From assembly GCA_965601925.1 (NCBI GenBank), contig OZ271854.1:3904001-3968000 (forward strand): a stretch of DNA of 64,000 nt, read 5' to 3'. The position numbers and the translations under genes are program-made. A model generated the notes under the pieces. It saw nothing but the letters and a program-made list of their open reading frames with translations. It did not search any database and was not told the origin of the DNA. The DNA comes from Alkalispirochaeta sp. (GTDB lineage Bacteria; Spirochaetota; Spirochaetia; DSM-27196; Alkalispirochaetaceae). Of this stretch, positions 30,913 through 40,499 are shown piece after piece (position 1 is the first letter of the stretch; each line of letters begins with the position of its first letter).

Positions 30913-32589
30913 ATGGCGGAAAAACTGAATCGACGGTCGCGAGTCATGACCGAAGGGGTGGAACGAACGGCGAATCGTGCGATGTTTCGCGCCGTCGGCT
31001 TCGGCGACGACGACTTTGACAAGCCGATTATCGGCATCGCCAGCGCCGGGAGCGACGTCAGCCCGTGCAACGTCCATCACGATGAGATCGCCGAGATTTC
31101 AAAGAAGCGACTCAAAGCGTCGGACTCCATGCCGGTGAGCTTCCATACCTTCATCGTCACCGACGGCCAGGCGATGGGCCACGAGGGGATGAAGGCCTCC
31201 CTCATCTCGCGCGACACGATCGCCGACGTCATCGAGCTCTCCGCTCACGGCCACCAGATGGATGCGCTATTGGGCATCGGCGGCTGCGACAAGACGATCC
31301 CCGGCACCGTTATGGGCATGGCGCGAATGGACGTGCCGAGCGTCTTCGTTTACGGCGGTACGATCGCCGCGGGAATCTACAAGGGCCAGAAGGTCGACAT
31401 CGTCAGCGCCTTCGAGGCGGTCGGTGCGTACTCGGCCGGTAAGATCACCGAAGAGGAGCGCCACGGAATCGAAGTCGCGGCGTGCCCCGGCGCCGGGGCG
31501 TGCGGGGGTATGTACACCGCCAATACGCTGGCCTCGGCCATGGAGGCGCTCGGCATGAGTATTCCCGGGAGCGCGTCGGTACCGGCGGTACACGAGTTGC
31601 GCACGTGGGCTATGGAGGCGAGCGCCGACGCGTTGATGCACTGCGTAAGAGAGAACATCATTCCCAGGGACATCATGACGCGAAAGGCCTTTGAGAACGC
31701 GATCCGCGTGGTGATGGCGCTTGGAGGGAGCACCAATTCGGTCCTGCATCTCCTTGCATTGGCTCACGAGGTCGACGTCAAGCTCGAAATCGAGGACTTC
31801 AACACCTTCTACGATACGACGCCGATCCTAACCAACATGAAGCCGGCGGGACGCTTCGTCATGGAGGACCTTTTCCAGGTGGGCGGCGTACAGATGGTGA
31901 TGAAGATGCTCTTGGAGCGAGGGTTGCTTCACGGAGATTGTCTCACCGTTACCGGAAAGACGATCGCCGAAAACCTTAAGCATGTCGAAGTGCGCCTGGA
32001 CGATCAGGAGGTCGTGCACAGTTTTGAGAGTCCCGAGCAGCCCCGGGGGCCGATCGCGATCCTCAAAGGTAACCTCGCCACCGAAGGCGCCGTCGTGAAG
32101 ACGTGCGGCCTCAATGAGTTCGAGCATACCGGCCCGGCACGCGTGTACGAACACGAAGAGGAAGCGCTGAACGCGATTCTCAATGACGACGTCAAAAAAG
32201 GCGACGTGGTCGTCATCCGGTATGAAGGGCCAAAAGGGGGGCCCGGGATGCGTGAGATGCTCGCCCCAACCGCCGCCATCGCCGGTGCGGGCCTTACCAA
32301 GGATGTGGCGCTCATCACCGACGGACGTTTCTCCGGCGGCTCCCACGGCATGGTTGTGGGACACGTAGCTCCGGAGGCGCAAGTGGGCGGGACGATTGCT
32401 CTCGTTCAGGACGGCGATGTTATAACGATTAGCACGAAGAAAAAGGAGCTTTCCGTCGCCGTGGACGAGGCCGAGCTGGCGCGTCGACGCGCGGCGTGGA
32501 GTCCCAAAGAGACGACCTACCCCCGCGGCGCCTTGTGGAAGTTTGCTCAGTTATGTAGTTCGGCGAGTAAAGGGGCGGTAACGAGCTGA
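30913..32589 (+). CDS. ilvD: Dihydroxy-acid dehydratase
   Basis: [43 protein letters not shown]. Confidence 0.97.
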   Translation: MAEKLNRRSRVMTEGVERTANRAMFRAVGFGDDDFDKPIIGIASAGSDVSPCNVHHDEIAEISKKRLKASDSMPVSFHTFIVTDGQAMGHEGMKASLISRDTIADVIELSAHGHQMDALLGIGGCDKTIPGTVMGMARMDVPSVFVYGGTIAAGIYKGQKVDIVSAFEAVGAYSAGKITEEERHGIEVAACPGAGACGGMYTANTLASAMEALGMSIPGSASVPAVHELRTWAMEASADALMHCVRENIIPRDIMTRKAFENAIRVVMALGGSTNSVLHLLALAHEVDVKLEIEDFNTFYDTTPILTNMKPAGRFVMEDLFQVGGVQMVMKMLLERGLLHGDCLTVTGKTIAENLKHVEVRLDDQEVVHSFESPEQPRGPIAILKGNLATEGAVVKTCGLNEFEHTGPARVYEHEEEALNAILNDDVKKGDVVVIRYEGPKGGPGMREMLAPTAAIAGAGLTKDVALITDGRFSGGSHGMVVGHVAPEAQVGGTIALVQDGDVITISTKKKELSVAVDEAELARRRAAWSPKETTYPRGALWKFAQLCSSASKGAVTS

Positions 32590-32596
32590 TAGTGGG

Positions 32597-32636
32597 CGCG
32601 TTCCGCCCCGAAGTTCGACAACCGGGGCGGAACGCG
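32597..32636 (+). terminator. Strong hairpin after ilvD (probable terminator or 3' stabiliser)
   Basis: Perfect 14-bp stem CGCGTTCCGCCCCG / CGGGGCGGAACGCG with a 12-nt loop; no U-tract. Confidence 0.6.
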
Positions 32637-32938
32637 GTGTCGGTCACTCGGCGGGTCTCGGAAGACTGCGTGCCTCGCATCGGCACCGTACCGCTGTGTT
32701 CACGTTCCTCGGAACTTTGTTCCTCCGGTACGTGAACGAGCTCCGCATCCGCGGCGAGCAGCAATCTGCAAGGATTGCGACCAGCCGGCGCCGCCCGCTC
32801 CCGGCGCGTCTCCCCGGGGTTCCAACCAGGGGGAGTAGGAGGCGGTGTCGATCACTCAGCAGGCCCTCCGGGCCAGAAGTCGCGCTCGCCACCACCGCCC
32901 ACTCCCAGCACACCCCCACCGGGGTGTCGCGTCCTCTA

Positions 32939-32975
32939 ATGGATGGTCGGGGAGCCGGGCTCCGCGACCATCCAT
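32939..32975. repeat. 37-nt near-perfect palindrome
   Basis: ATGGATGGTCG-G-GGAGCC-G-GGCTCC-G-CGACCATCCAT. Confidence 0.85.
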
Positions 32976-33128
32976 CCGAGTCCCAAGCGCGCAGTATCCG
33001 AGGTGCTGGTCCTCCGATGGATATGTGTGGAAGAAGATTGGATGTCGAGCTCCCGAGTATGATCGGCCGTTCAATTCCACCGTGCGTCCGATCGTGGACC
33101 GGAATAAACTGAAACGAGGAGTGTCTGT

Positions 33129-33755
33129 ATGGTCGATTGGTTTCCGACCTTGTTGAGTGTCGCTCTGTTGTGGAGTGTAGCGGTAATGACCCCGGGACCG
33201 AATTTTTTCGTCATCCTGCAGAATAGCGCGCGCTATTCACGGAAGACGGGATGTTTCATTGTGGCCGGCGTGGTCGCCGGAACGTCGCTCTGGGGTTTCA
33301 CCGGTGTATGGGGCATCAATACACTATTTGAGGCGGCTCCATGGTTATACGCCTTCTTGAGGCTACTGGGTGGAGGTTATCTCGTCGTACGTGGGATCAC
33401 GCTCATTGCCGGAAAACACGGTTCGACTCCCTCAGCATCCTACCCTTCGCGTAGCTCAATGCGACCGGTGAGGGCGATCCGATTGGGTTTCTTGACGAGT
33501 CTGTCCAATCCGAAGACAGCGGCGTTCGTCGCGAGTCTCGTCGCCTCCACTATGCCCGAAACACCGTCGCTCGGACTCGGAATGGCCGGTGTCGTGCTCA
33601 TGATGGGGATATCCCTTTTGTGGTACGGTGTCGTGGTATTTCTGTTCTCATCCCGCTACGTAGCATCATTCTACAAACGGCGTCGAACGGTGATAGAGAG
33701 GGTAACCGGTATCATGTTTATCGGTTTTGGTACGAGAGTGGCTCTTCAACGTTGA
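33129..33755 (+). CDS. LysE/RhtB family amino-acid exporter
   Basis: TPGPN motif, GGGYL, SNPKT, six hydrophobic segments; GAGGAG ribosome-binding site. Confidence 0.92.
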   Translation: MVDWFPTLLSVALLWSVAVMTPGPNFFVILQNSARYSRKTGCFIVAGVVAGTSLWGFTGVWGINTLFEAAPWLYAFLRLLGGGYLVVRGITLIAGKHGSTPSASYPSRSSMRPVRAIRLGFLTSLSNPKTAAFVASLVASTMPETPSLGLGMAGVVLMMGISLLWYGVVVFLFSSRYVASFYKRRRTVIERVTGIMFIGFGTRVALQR

Positions 33756-33759
33756 CCTC

Positions 33760-34043
33760 GTTACGCGGAACGCGAACGAGGTAAGCACCGTTTCGGCGTC
33801 CACACGGGTGTCGACACGCTACTCGCCGCCCTCTCCTTCCGGTCTACCAAGCGAGCGGGCCCGGATGCGTACCGCGGGGACGAGTTTCGAAGAACGCATC
33901 CTCTGCTCCACGTAGTCGCCCACCGCGTACTCCCGGTCAAGGAGCAGTTCGTCGGCACCGAAAAGATCGTCCTGTCGGGCACCCACTGTGCCGGGGTGCG
34001 CTCCCCGGTCGACCGAGAAGCTCCCTTCCAGCTCCGCCCGCAT
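33760..34043 (-). pseudogene. Small ORF or gene remnant coupled to the kinase, interrupted by an in-frame TAG
   Basis: ATG overlaps the kinase TGA. After 74 codons comes TAG (33819-33821), and the frame continues with coding-like RVDTRVDAETVLTSFAFRV. Confidence 0.35.
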
Positions 34044-35617
34044 CACTCCGATGCACCGTCTCCCCAATACTTTGTCTGTAGTGACGAGAGTCTGTCGTAG
34101 ATACCCGAGTCTCTGAGCGCACATAATGTGTCTTTGAAGACACCGTACAAGTCGGTGTACATCTCGTGACGTTTCGAGTCCGGTTCGAACTCACCCGTTA
34201 CATTCACCATGTTCTCCACCGCTTCGTCGATCGACGCGAATTGACGCGCTCCCGTTGCTCCTAAGATCGTAGCACCCAATGTCGTACATTCGGAAACGAG
34301 ATACGTCTTGACCGGTCGACCGTATACGTCCCCCTGAATCTGTCGCCATAATGGACTTTTCGCGCCGCCGCCGGACAATCCAATGACATCAAAAGGTGTT
34401 TTCAAGACGTGCTCCATCGCCTCGACGATCATCCTCATTTCCAACGCCACGCCCTCGAGGACGGCCCGGGCCATGATATTTCGATCATGCATAAAACCGA
34501 GCCCTAAAGAGCCTCCCGATGCGGTGTGAATATAGTGGGGCGTCACCTGTCCGGTGAAAAAGGGGAAGAAGAGATACCCTTTGGACCCGGCCGGCGCCTG
34601 CGCCGCTTGAGCGGTAATCAGGTCGTATGTGCTCAGTCCGAGCTTGGCCGCAGTATCGGTCTCGACCTGGGCGTACGTATCGCGCCACCAGCGAAGCGTC
34701 GCCCCGGAGGAGTATTGCGTCCCTTCCATGTCCCACTTTCCCGGTACTGCGTGTCCCCCCGTGATGACGCGCCCGTCAGGATCGTCCTTTCTCGAATCGG
34801 CGTGCGCGACCATCACACCGCCGGTGCCGAGGGTCACTTCGGAGAGTCCCTCCCGAATAACCCCGGCGCCGACCGCCGCGCACTGCTGATCACCACCGCC
34901 CACGACGATCGGTGTACCTTCGGCAAACCCGGTCGATTGCGCCGCGTGTTTGCTCATCACCCCTACCTGGCGCATCGGTTCGCCGACGGGGGGGAGTTTT
35001 TCTCTCGGTATGCCCGCGGCATGTAAAATCGTATCGGACCAATCGAGCGTATCGATCGCCATCATGCCGTTCAACGTCAAAGAGGCCGGGTCGGAGAACA
35101 TCTCTTCCGATCCGAGGCGGTGGAGAAACCACTCCTGGCCGTTGACGATCTTCCACGTCTTGGACCACACCTTGGGCATGTTCTCCTTGACCCACATGAT
35201 TTTGAATAGTGACCAGTGGGGGTCCATCGCGACACCGGCCTCCGCGATATACGCCTTCGCGTCCATACGCTCCTTGAACCGCAAGAATTGATGGTGGGCC
35301 GCGCGATTATCGTTCCAGACGATCGCGTGGTGGAGGGGTTTCCACTCTTTGTCGATGCACACGAATGTCCCGCGCTGGCTGGAAAAACCGAGGGAGCCGA
35401 TCTCTCGCGTATCGATTCCGGTTTTACCGGTCACTTCCGTGCTCGCGTCACAGAGTCGATCCCACACCAATTCCATGTCCTGTTCGCTCCACCCCATCTT
35501 GGGGTAGTAGCACGAATATTCACGATACGCACTACCGACGATGCGCCCCGACAGGTCTGTAATCATGACCGTAGCGCCGGAGGTTCCGGCATCGATACCA
35601 ACCGCATAGTTCGCCAC
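34043..35617 (-). CDS. FGGY-family carbohydrate kinase (xylulokinase-like)
   Basis: GIDAGTSG, SSQRGT, WNDNRA, GGGDQQCAAVGAG, TLGTGG, AVLEGV, SGGGAKSPLWRQI. Confidence 0.93.
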   Translation of the reverse strand: MANYAVGIDAGTSGATVMITDLSGRIVGSAYREYSCYYPKMGWSEQDMELVWDRLCDASTEVTGKTGIDTREIGSLGFSSQRGTFVCIDKEWKPLHHAIVWNDNRAAHHQFLRFKERMDAKAYIAEAGVAMDPHWSLFKIMWVKENMPKVWSKTWKIVNGQEWFLHRLGSEEMFSDPASLTLNGMMAIDTLDWSDTILHAAGIPREKLPPVGEPMRQVGVMSKHAAQSTGFAEGTPIVVGGGDQQCAAVGAGVIREGLSEVTLGTGGVMVAHADSRKDDPDGRVITGGHAVPGKWDMEGTQYSSGATLRWWRDTYAQVETDTAAKLGLSTYDLITAQAAQAPAGSKGYLFFPFFTGQVTPHYIHTASGGSLGLGFMHDRNIMARAVLEGVALEMRMIVEAMEHVLKTPFDVIGLSGGGAKSPLWRQIQGDVYGRPVKTYLVSECTTLGATILGATGARQFASIDEAVENMVNVTGEFEPDSKRHEMYTDLYGVFKDTLCALRDSGIYDRLSSLQTKYWGDGASE

Positions 35618-36168
35618 TATCCTCGACCTCCCTCGGTAACGTTGTATGTCTTTGTCGTATCGGCAACGAAAAGATTTCGCAGTTCCAGTTCTCGTTGCAG
35701 CCGGTACGCCGACTCGTAGTGGATGGCCTGCTCTCCCGCGAGCAGTGCGCGCTCTATCGTGTTCATTCGACGAGAAACGGTAATCCGTTGCATACGTTCG
35801 ATCTCATCCGTGGACCGATCCGCGTGCCGCCCGTGAGCGGATAGCCAAATCGATGGAATCTTCTCGTACATCTCGCGCAGTATCGGCGTCGCACATACCG
35901 TTTGTATGGTGCCGCCGCGCAGGACTATACGGTGTAGAAGTTGAACCAATGCATCGTCGACCGGGCGGTCTTCATACACGGCATGAATGAGAGACACGAC
36001 GGCGTCTCCCGGTGGGGAATCCTGGTCATTCCGAAGATAATCATCGATCGAGAAAACGTGGTGCGCGCCTAACGTGTGACGAGACCGATAGCGTTCCTCT
36101 TCAAAGACAATCGAGCGCACGTCGGGGATAAGCGTTCCGTACGTCTCTACGATGAGCTTTAAGGTCAT
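35617..36168 (-). CDS. Hypothetical protein, probable degenerate HAD-superfamily fold
   Basis: N-terminal LKLIVETYGTL resembles HAD motif I (DxxGTL). C-terminal NTIERALLAGEQAIHYESAYRLQRELELRNL resembles the YihX-type HAD tail. Translationally coupled on both sides. Confidence 0.6.
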   Translation of the reverse strand: MTLKLIVETYGTLIPDVRSIVFEEERYRSRHTLGAHHVFSIDDYLRNDQDSPPGDAVVSLIHAVYEDRPVDDALVQLLHRIVLRGGTIQTVCATPILREMYEKIPSIWLSAHGRHADRSTDEIERMQRITVSRRMNTIERALLAGEQAIHYESAYRLQRELELRNLFVADTTKTYNVTEGGRG

Positions 36169-36593
36169 CGCGGACAATCTCCTACGATGGTAAGGGCTAC
36201 GAAGCGCTCCAAGGGTTCGGGTTGAAAGTCCATGAACATGATCTCCTGATATGTTCCCAGGGTCATATCACCGTCGATGAAGGGCATTACGAGGGTACGA
36301 TTGAAGAGTGCCGACAGTACGTGCCCGGCTCCGTTCTCATCTACACCCCGTCGGTGGTGGAAGAATGCGTCGGAATCGGGAATGAACTCTTGAAGAAGAC
36401 GCTTGATGTCCATGATTATCCCCGCCTCGTGCTCGACGAGCATAAGAGCGCTCGTCGTATGCTGCACGAGAAGGTGTACGAAACCGGAACGTATTTCTCC
36501 ACGTGAAATTTTCTTTCGTACTTTATCGGTGAGAATTTCAGTGTAATACCGGCCGTCGGAGTAGACCGATATGGAATCACGAGCGGTCGCCAT
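36165..36593 (-). CDS. yjbQ: YjbQ (UPF0047) family protein
   Basis: HTTSAL, H...NGAGH, LGTYQEIMFMDF motifs; GGAG ribosome-binding site before the ATG at 36593. Confidence 0.9.
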   Translation of the reverse strand: MATARDSISVYSDGRYYTEILTDKVRKKISRGEIRSGFVHLLVQHTTSALMLVEHEAGIIMDIKRLLQEFIPDSDAFFHHRRGVDENGAGHVLSALFNRTLVMPFIDGDMTLGTYQEIMFMDFQPEPLERFVALTIVGDCPR

Positions 36594-36630
36594 CACATTT
36601 TCTCCACGTATCAATCGACACGACGATTTG

Positions 36631-36659
36631 ATCGTAAAATAACAAAAGAAGATTGTCAA
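36631..36659 (-). promoter_or_regulatory. Near-consensus sigma70 promoter of the yjbQ-HAD-kinase operon
   Basis: TTGACA(36659-36654)-17nt-TACGAT(36636-36631). Confidence 0.7.
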
Positions 36660-36741
36660 AGAATATTTTGGTATCGGATACTTTCATTTCAAAAATATAT
36701 TTGCCGATTTAGGCGCATTTAATGTAAACAATAGCTTCTTC

Positions 36742-36770
36742 TTGGTATGTATGAAAGAACATGCTATGCT
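36742..36770 (+). promoter_or_regulatory. Putative promoter of the DeoR gene
   Basis: TTGGTA-17nt-TATGCT with extended -10 TG. Confidence 0.5.
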
Positions 36771-36812
36771 ATAGCGCGTACGCCGTACCATGTTATATGA
36801 GGATGCTTCGTC

Positions 36813-37616
36813 GTGGACAAACAGCAACAGCGCATGAATGAAATCGTCAGGATTCTCTCAAGTACCGGTATGCAACGCGTATCCGATCTTGCCGATCAAA
36901 CGGGAGTATCGGAGGTAACCGTTCGGCGGGACCTCCGAAGACTCGAAGACGACGGGCTGGTATTTATCGCCCACGGTGCGGCGTCGATCAACCCCGGAAG
37001 CGATACGCTTCGCGTCGGAGATCAGTATTTCATCGCCCAGCAACAAGCCCTCCACCAACACGAAAAAATGATTATCGGAGAAAAGGCGGCAACGCTCGTA
37101 GAACCTCACGATACGATCGTGATTGATTCGGGGACAACACCCTACTATTTGGCGCGAGCCCTCCCTACCGATTACGACCTCACGGTCATTTGCGTCTCAT
37201 TGAACGTCTTTATCGAGTTACACGACCGTGACGATGTAAAACTGATCTTTGCGGGCGGCTATTATCACCAAAATAGTCTGATGTGCGAGAGTGAAGAAGG
37301 AATTTCCATGATTCGGCGCCATCGCGCCTCGAAGGCGTTCTTGGGAGCGACCGGAATCCATGAAAAGCTGGGTGTTACCTCGTCTAATCCATGGGAGCAA
37401 AAGACAAAACGAGCCATCATGGAATCAAGCCTCACGAATATTCTCCTCGTCGATTCGGATAAGTTCCGGGTCGTTCAAACGTCCTATTTTGCCGATATGC
37501 ATGAGTTCGATGTGGTGGTCAGCGACGGCGAGGTACCGGAAACGTACATATCTCACATAAAAAACAGCGGTGTTCAGCTCGTGTACGCAGACAGTGAGCC
37601 GGATACCGTCCGGTAA
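36813..37616 (+). CDS. DeoR/GlpR family transcriptional regulator
   Basis: HTH VSDLADQTGVSEVTVRRDLRRLE, EKMIIGEKAA, IDSGTT, LVDSDKF. Confidence 0.95.
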   Translation: MDKQQQRMNEIVRILSSTGMQRVSDLADQTGVSEVTVRRDLRRLEDDGLVFIAHGAASINPGSDTLRVGDQYFIAQQQALHQHEKMIIGEKAATLVEPHDTIVIDSGTTPYYLARALPTDYDLTVICVSLNVFIELHDRDDVKLIFAGGYYHQNSLMCESEEGISMIRRHRASKAFLGATGIHEKLGVTSSNPWEQKTKRAIMESSLTNILLVDSDKFRVVQTSYFADMHEFDVVVSDGEVPETYISHIKNSGVQLVYADSEPDTVR

Positions 37617-37734
37617 CGGCGCGGATCATTCCGTCGAACGTTTCAACCGCATATGAACTGAGCGATGTAACGATCGCAAAACAAAGATTATCCCCGAATT
37701 ACTTACGTAAACGTACATCAACTCAAAGAATTCG

Positions 37735-37763
37735 TTGACAGCTGCAAATTTAGATGGTTCAAT
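37735..37763 (+). promoter_or_regulatory. Putative promoter of the ABC-dhaKL operon
   Basis: TTGACA(37735-37740)-17nt-TTCAAT(37758-37763) with extended TG. Confidence 0.6.
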
Positions 37764-37834
37764 TGAATGCGGTTGGGAAAAACGACAAATAATGTTCCTA
37801 ATCGAAACTGTATTGTCGTAAAGGGAGGTGAAAC

Positions 37835-38863
37835 GTGAATAAATGCACACGGTTCGGAATGTTGATGGTCGTCGCGTTGATCGCGATGCCGATCGCCGTC
37901 TTCGCAGCGGGTCAACAAGAGGCGGATGACGATGTTTTTCAGATCGTCATGGTCGCGAAACATGAAGGGATTTCGTGGTTTGACGACATGCGCATCGGTG
38001 TAGAGGAGTTCGGAGAGGACTTTACCGATGTAGAGGCGTGGCAGATTGCCCCCGAGGGCGGTGATCCGGCTCGGCAGAACCAAATGGTTGAGGATCTCAT
38101 CGCTCAGGGCGTAGACGCCATTCTCGTCGTGCCGAACGATCCGGAAGCGATGATTCCGGTGCTGCGCCGGGCGCGCGAAGCCGGCATCGTTGTCGTCAGC
38201 CACGAGGCGGAGCAACTCGTTCGCGATCACGATGGGGTTGTGGACTACAATATGGAAGCATTCACGAATCACGAGTTCGGCCGCGTGATGGGAGCGGCGC
38301 TGGCCCGCGAGATGGGGTACGAAGGAAGGTTCGCGGGGCAAGTCGGTGGATTAACGATGGAAACCCACATGCAGTGGTACCGTGGTCTCATGGACTACAT
38401 CGCGGAGAATGCGCCCGATATGGAGTTCGTTCTCGATGAGCCGGTGGAAGACTGGAATACCGAGCAAACCGCATATAATAACGCCCGTGAACTGCTCGCC
38501 GCGTATCCCGATCTCACGGGATTCTTTGGGAACTCTGCGTCGTCGACGATCATGAATGCGCAGGTGATCGAGGAGCTCGGTCTCACGGGTGACGTCGCCG
38601 CCGTCGGTCTTACGCTCCCGTCGATGTCCGAACAGTACATTCGAAACGGCTCGCTGCAACACGGTCAAGCGTGGCGCCCGGCGGACGCCGGATACGTATC
38701 CGCGTACATCGCGTATCTCGCCCTTACCGGTCAACAGGTCGAAAGCGGTATGGATCTCGGAAAAGACGGATATCGCGACATCATCGTTGATGGTCAGCTG
38801 GTTTTCGGGAATGCTCCGCTCATTTTCAACCAGGAGAACATCGACGATATGCTGTTCTTTTAG
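37835..38863 (+). CDS. Sugar ABC transporter substrate-binding protein (LsrB/RhaS-like)
   Basis: Signal peptide ...AVFAAGQQE; KHEGISWF, EDLIAQGVDAILVVPND, WRPADAGY; GGGAGG ribosome-binding site. Confidence 0.9.
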   Translation: MNKCTRFGMLMVVALIAMPIAVFAAGQQEADDDVFQIVMVAKHEGISWFDDMRIGVEEFGEDFTDVEAWQIAPEGGDPARQNQMVEDLIAQGVDAILVVPNDPEAMIPVLRRAREAGIVVVSHEAEQLVRDHDGVVDYNMEAFTNHEFGRVMGAALAREMGYEGRFAGQVGGLTMETHMQWYRGLMDYIAENAPDMEFVLDEPVEDWNTEQTAYNNARELLAAYPDLTGFFGNSASSTIMNAQVIEELGLTGDVAAVGLTLPSMSEQYIRNGSLQHGQAWRPADAGYVSAYIAYLALTGQQVESGMDLGKDGYRDIIVDGQLVFGNAPLIFNQENIDDMLFF

Positions 38864-38895
38864 CGACGACTATCGGTTGATAGAGTCATCACAGG

Positions 38896-38968
38896 CATTT
38901 TCAAAAATCGCCGATTTTTGAAAATGTCATACAGCGCGTTCGTTCCGGCTCGATGTCGTGCCGGAACG
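38896..38968. repeat. Two intergenic hairpins after the binding-protein gene
   Basis: Perfect 15-bp inverted repeat CATTTTCAAAAATCG-C-CGATTTTTGAAAATG (38896-38926), then CGTTCCGGC...GCCGGAACG (38941-38968). Confidence 0.8.
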
Positions 38969-38993
38969 TTCTGCATATACGAGGGAGCTCCCG

Positions 38994-40499
38994 ATGGCCG
39001 ACGACTACGTACTTCGTATAGAGGGTTTGTCAAAAACGTTTCCAGGTGTCCAGGCGCTCGACCGCGTCGACATGTCGGTAGGATACGGCGAGGTACACTG
39101 TCTCGTCGGTGAAAACGGTTCCGGCAAATCGACACTCATCCGCTCCGTTTCCGGATCGCAGGGATTCGACGGGGGCCGTATCATCCTCAATGGAAACGAG
39201 TACACTGAATTGACGACCAGAGCGGCGATGAATGAGGGCGTACAGATCATTTATCAGGACCTGTCCCTGTTTCCGACGCTGTCGGTCGCCGAAAATATCG
39301 CCTTCAATTGGATGGTGCGCGATGAGGTCAGATACATCAGGCCGAGCATGATCACCGCACGGGCCCGGGACGGTTTGGATCAACTGCGCGAGTCCATCGA
39401 TCTCGAAACCCCGGTACAGAATCTCTCTATGGCCCAGAGGCAAATCGTAGCCATTGCACGAGCCTTGGTGCTCGAAGCGAAGATCATCTTCATGGACGAA
39501 CCGACGACGGCGCTCACGAAATCGGAGATCGATTCCCTGTTTCGAATCATAGACGAGCTGCGCAACAACGGTATCGCCACGGTATTCGTCAGCCACAAGC
39601 TCGATGAGGTATTTCGCGTTTCCGACAATATTACGGTCATTCGCGACGGAAAAAAGATCGGCGACTTCGCCACGGAATCGTTGAACGAGGAAACGCTTGC
39701 CCTTCACATGACCGGTAAGAAGATCTTATACACCCCGTACGAGTACGAACCATCAAACGAGAACGTCACGCCGGTGCTCGAAGTGAAAGGACTGTCGCGG
39801 GAGCCTCACTACCACGATCTGGATTTAACCGTGAAACCGGGGGAGATCGTCGGCATCATCGGCCCTCTGGGCGCCGGACGAACCGAGTTCGCTCTTTCCC
39901 TCTTCGGACTGAATCAACCGGATCGGGGTGAAATCGTCGTCGAAGGCGCACCGCAGGCGATTCGTTCCCCGGAAGAGGCGATTCAAGCCGGTATCGCTCT
40001 CGTTCCGGAGGACCGGCACGTACAGGGACTCTTTCAGGAAAAACCGATCGATGAGAACTTGGTGGCGTCGGTATTGGATACGGTGACTCGATGGGGATTG
40101 GTCGACGGAGATGCTGCACAGGGAATAGCACGTCGATGGTTTTCCGAGTTGTCCATTAAGGCGCCCTCCCCCCGTGACGCGGTCGGTTCGCTGTCGGGCG
40201 GCAACCAACAGCGAGTCGTCATCGGTAAATGGCTCGCAACACAACCGCGTCTCTTGATTCTCGACGGTCCGACGGTCGGTATCGATGTCGCGTCAAAATC
40301 GACGATACACGAAATCGTTCATGAACTCGCCCGGAACGGTATGGCGATCGTCATCATTTCCGATGAAATACCGGAGATCCATAAGAACAGCAGTCGAATC
40401 ATCGTAATGCGCGACGGGACGTTTATCTTCGAAGCGAAGCGCGAGGATATCGGGCAAGAGGAGTTGAGAAGCATCGTAGAACGGGGAGTTCCCGCGTGA
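38994..40499 (+). CDS. Sugar ABC transporter ATP-binding protein (CUT2, tandem ATPase domains)
   Basis: GENGSGKST, MDEPT, SHKLDE, VPEDR, LSGGNQQRV. Confidence 0.95.
   Translation: MADDYVLRIEGLSKTFPGVQALDRVDMSVGYGEVHCLVGENGSGKSTLIRSVSGSQGFDGGRIILNGNEYTELTTRAAMNEGVQIIYQDLSLFPTLSVAENIAFNWMVRDEVRYIRPSMITARARDGLDQLRESIDLETPVQNLSMAQRQIVAIARALVLEAKIIFMDEPTTALTKSEIDSLFRIIDELRNNGIATVFVSHKLDEVFRVSDNITVIRDGKKIGDFATESLNEETLALHMTGKKILYTPYEYEPSNENVTPVLEVKGLSREPHYHDLDLTVKPGEIVGIIGPLGAGRTEFALSLFGLNQPDRGEIVVEGAPQAIRSPEEAIQAGIALVPEDRHVQGLFQEKPIDENLVASVLDTVTRWGLVDGDAAQGIARRWFSELSIKAPSPRDAVGSLSGGNQQRVVIGKWLATQPRLLILDGPTVGIDVASKSTIHEIVHELARNGMAIVIISDEIPEIHKNSSRIIVMRDGTFIFEAKREDIGQEELRSIVERGVPA

Noticed and set aside
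32696..33112. 138-aa ORF between ilvD and lysE
   Set aside because: Arg/Pro/Ser-rich low-complexity translation with no start signals; only a short hydrophobic patch looks protein-like.
36610..37820. Shared DeoR operator (GATCGYAAAA...CAAA at about 36630 and 37672)
   Set aside because: Similarity is short, gapped and in AT-rich DNA; I cannot distinguish it from chance by eye.
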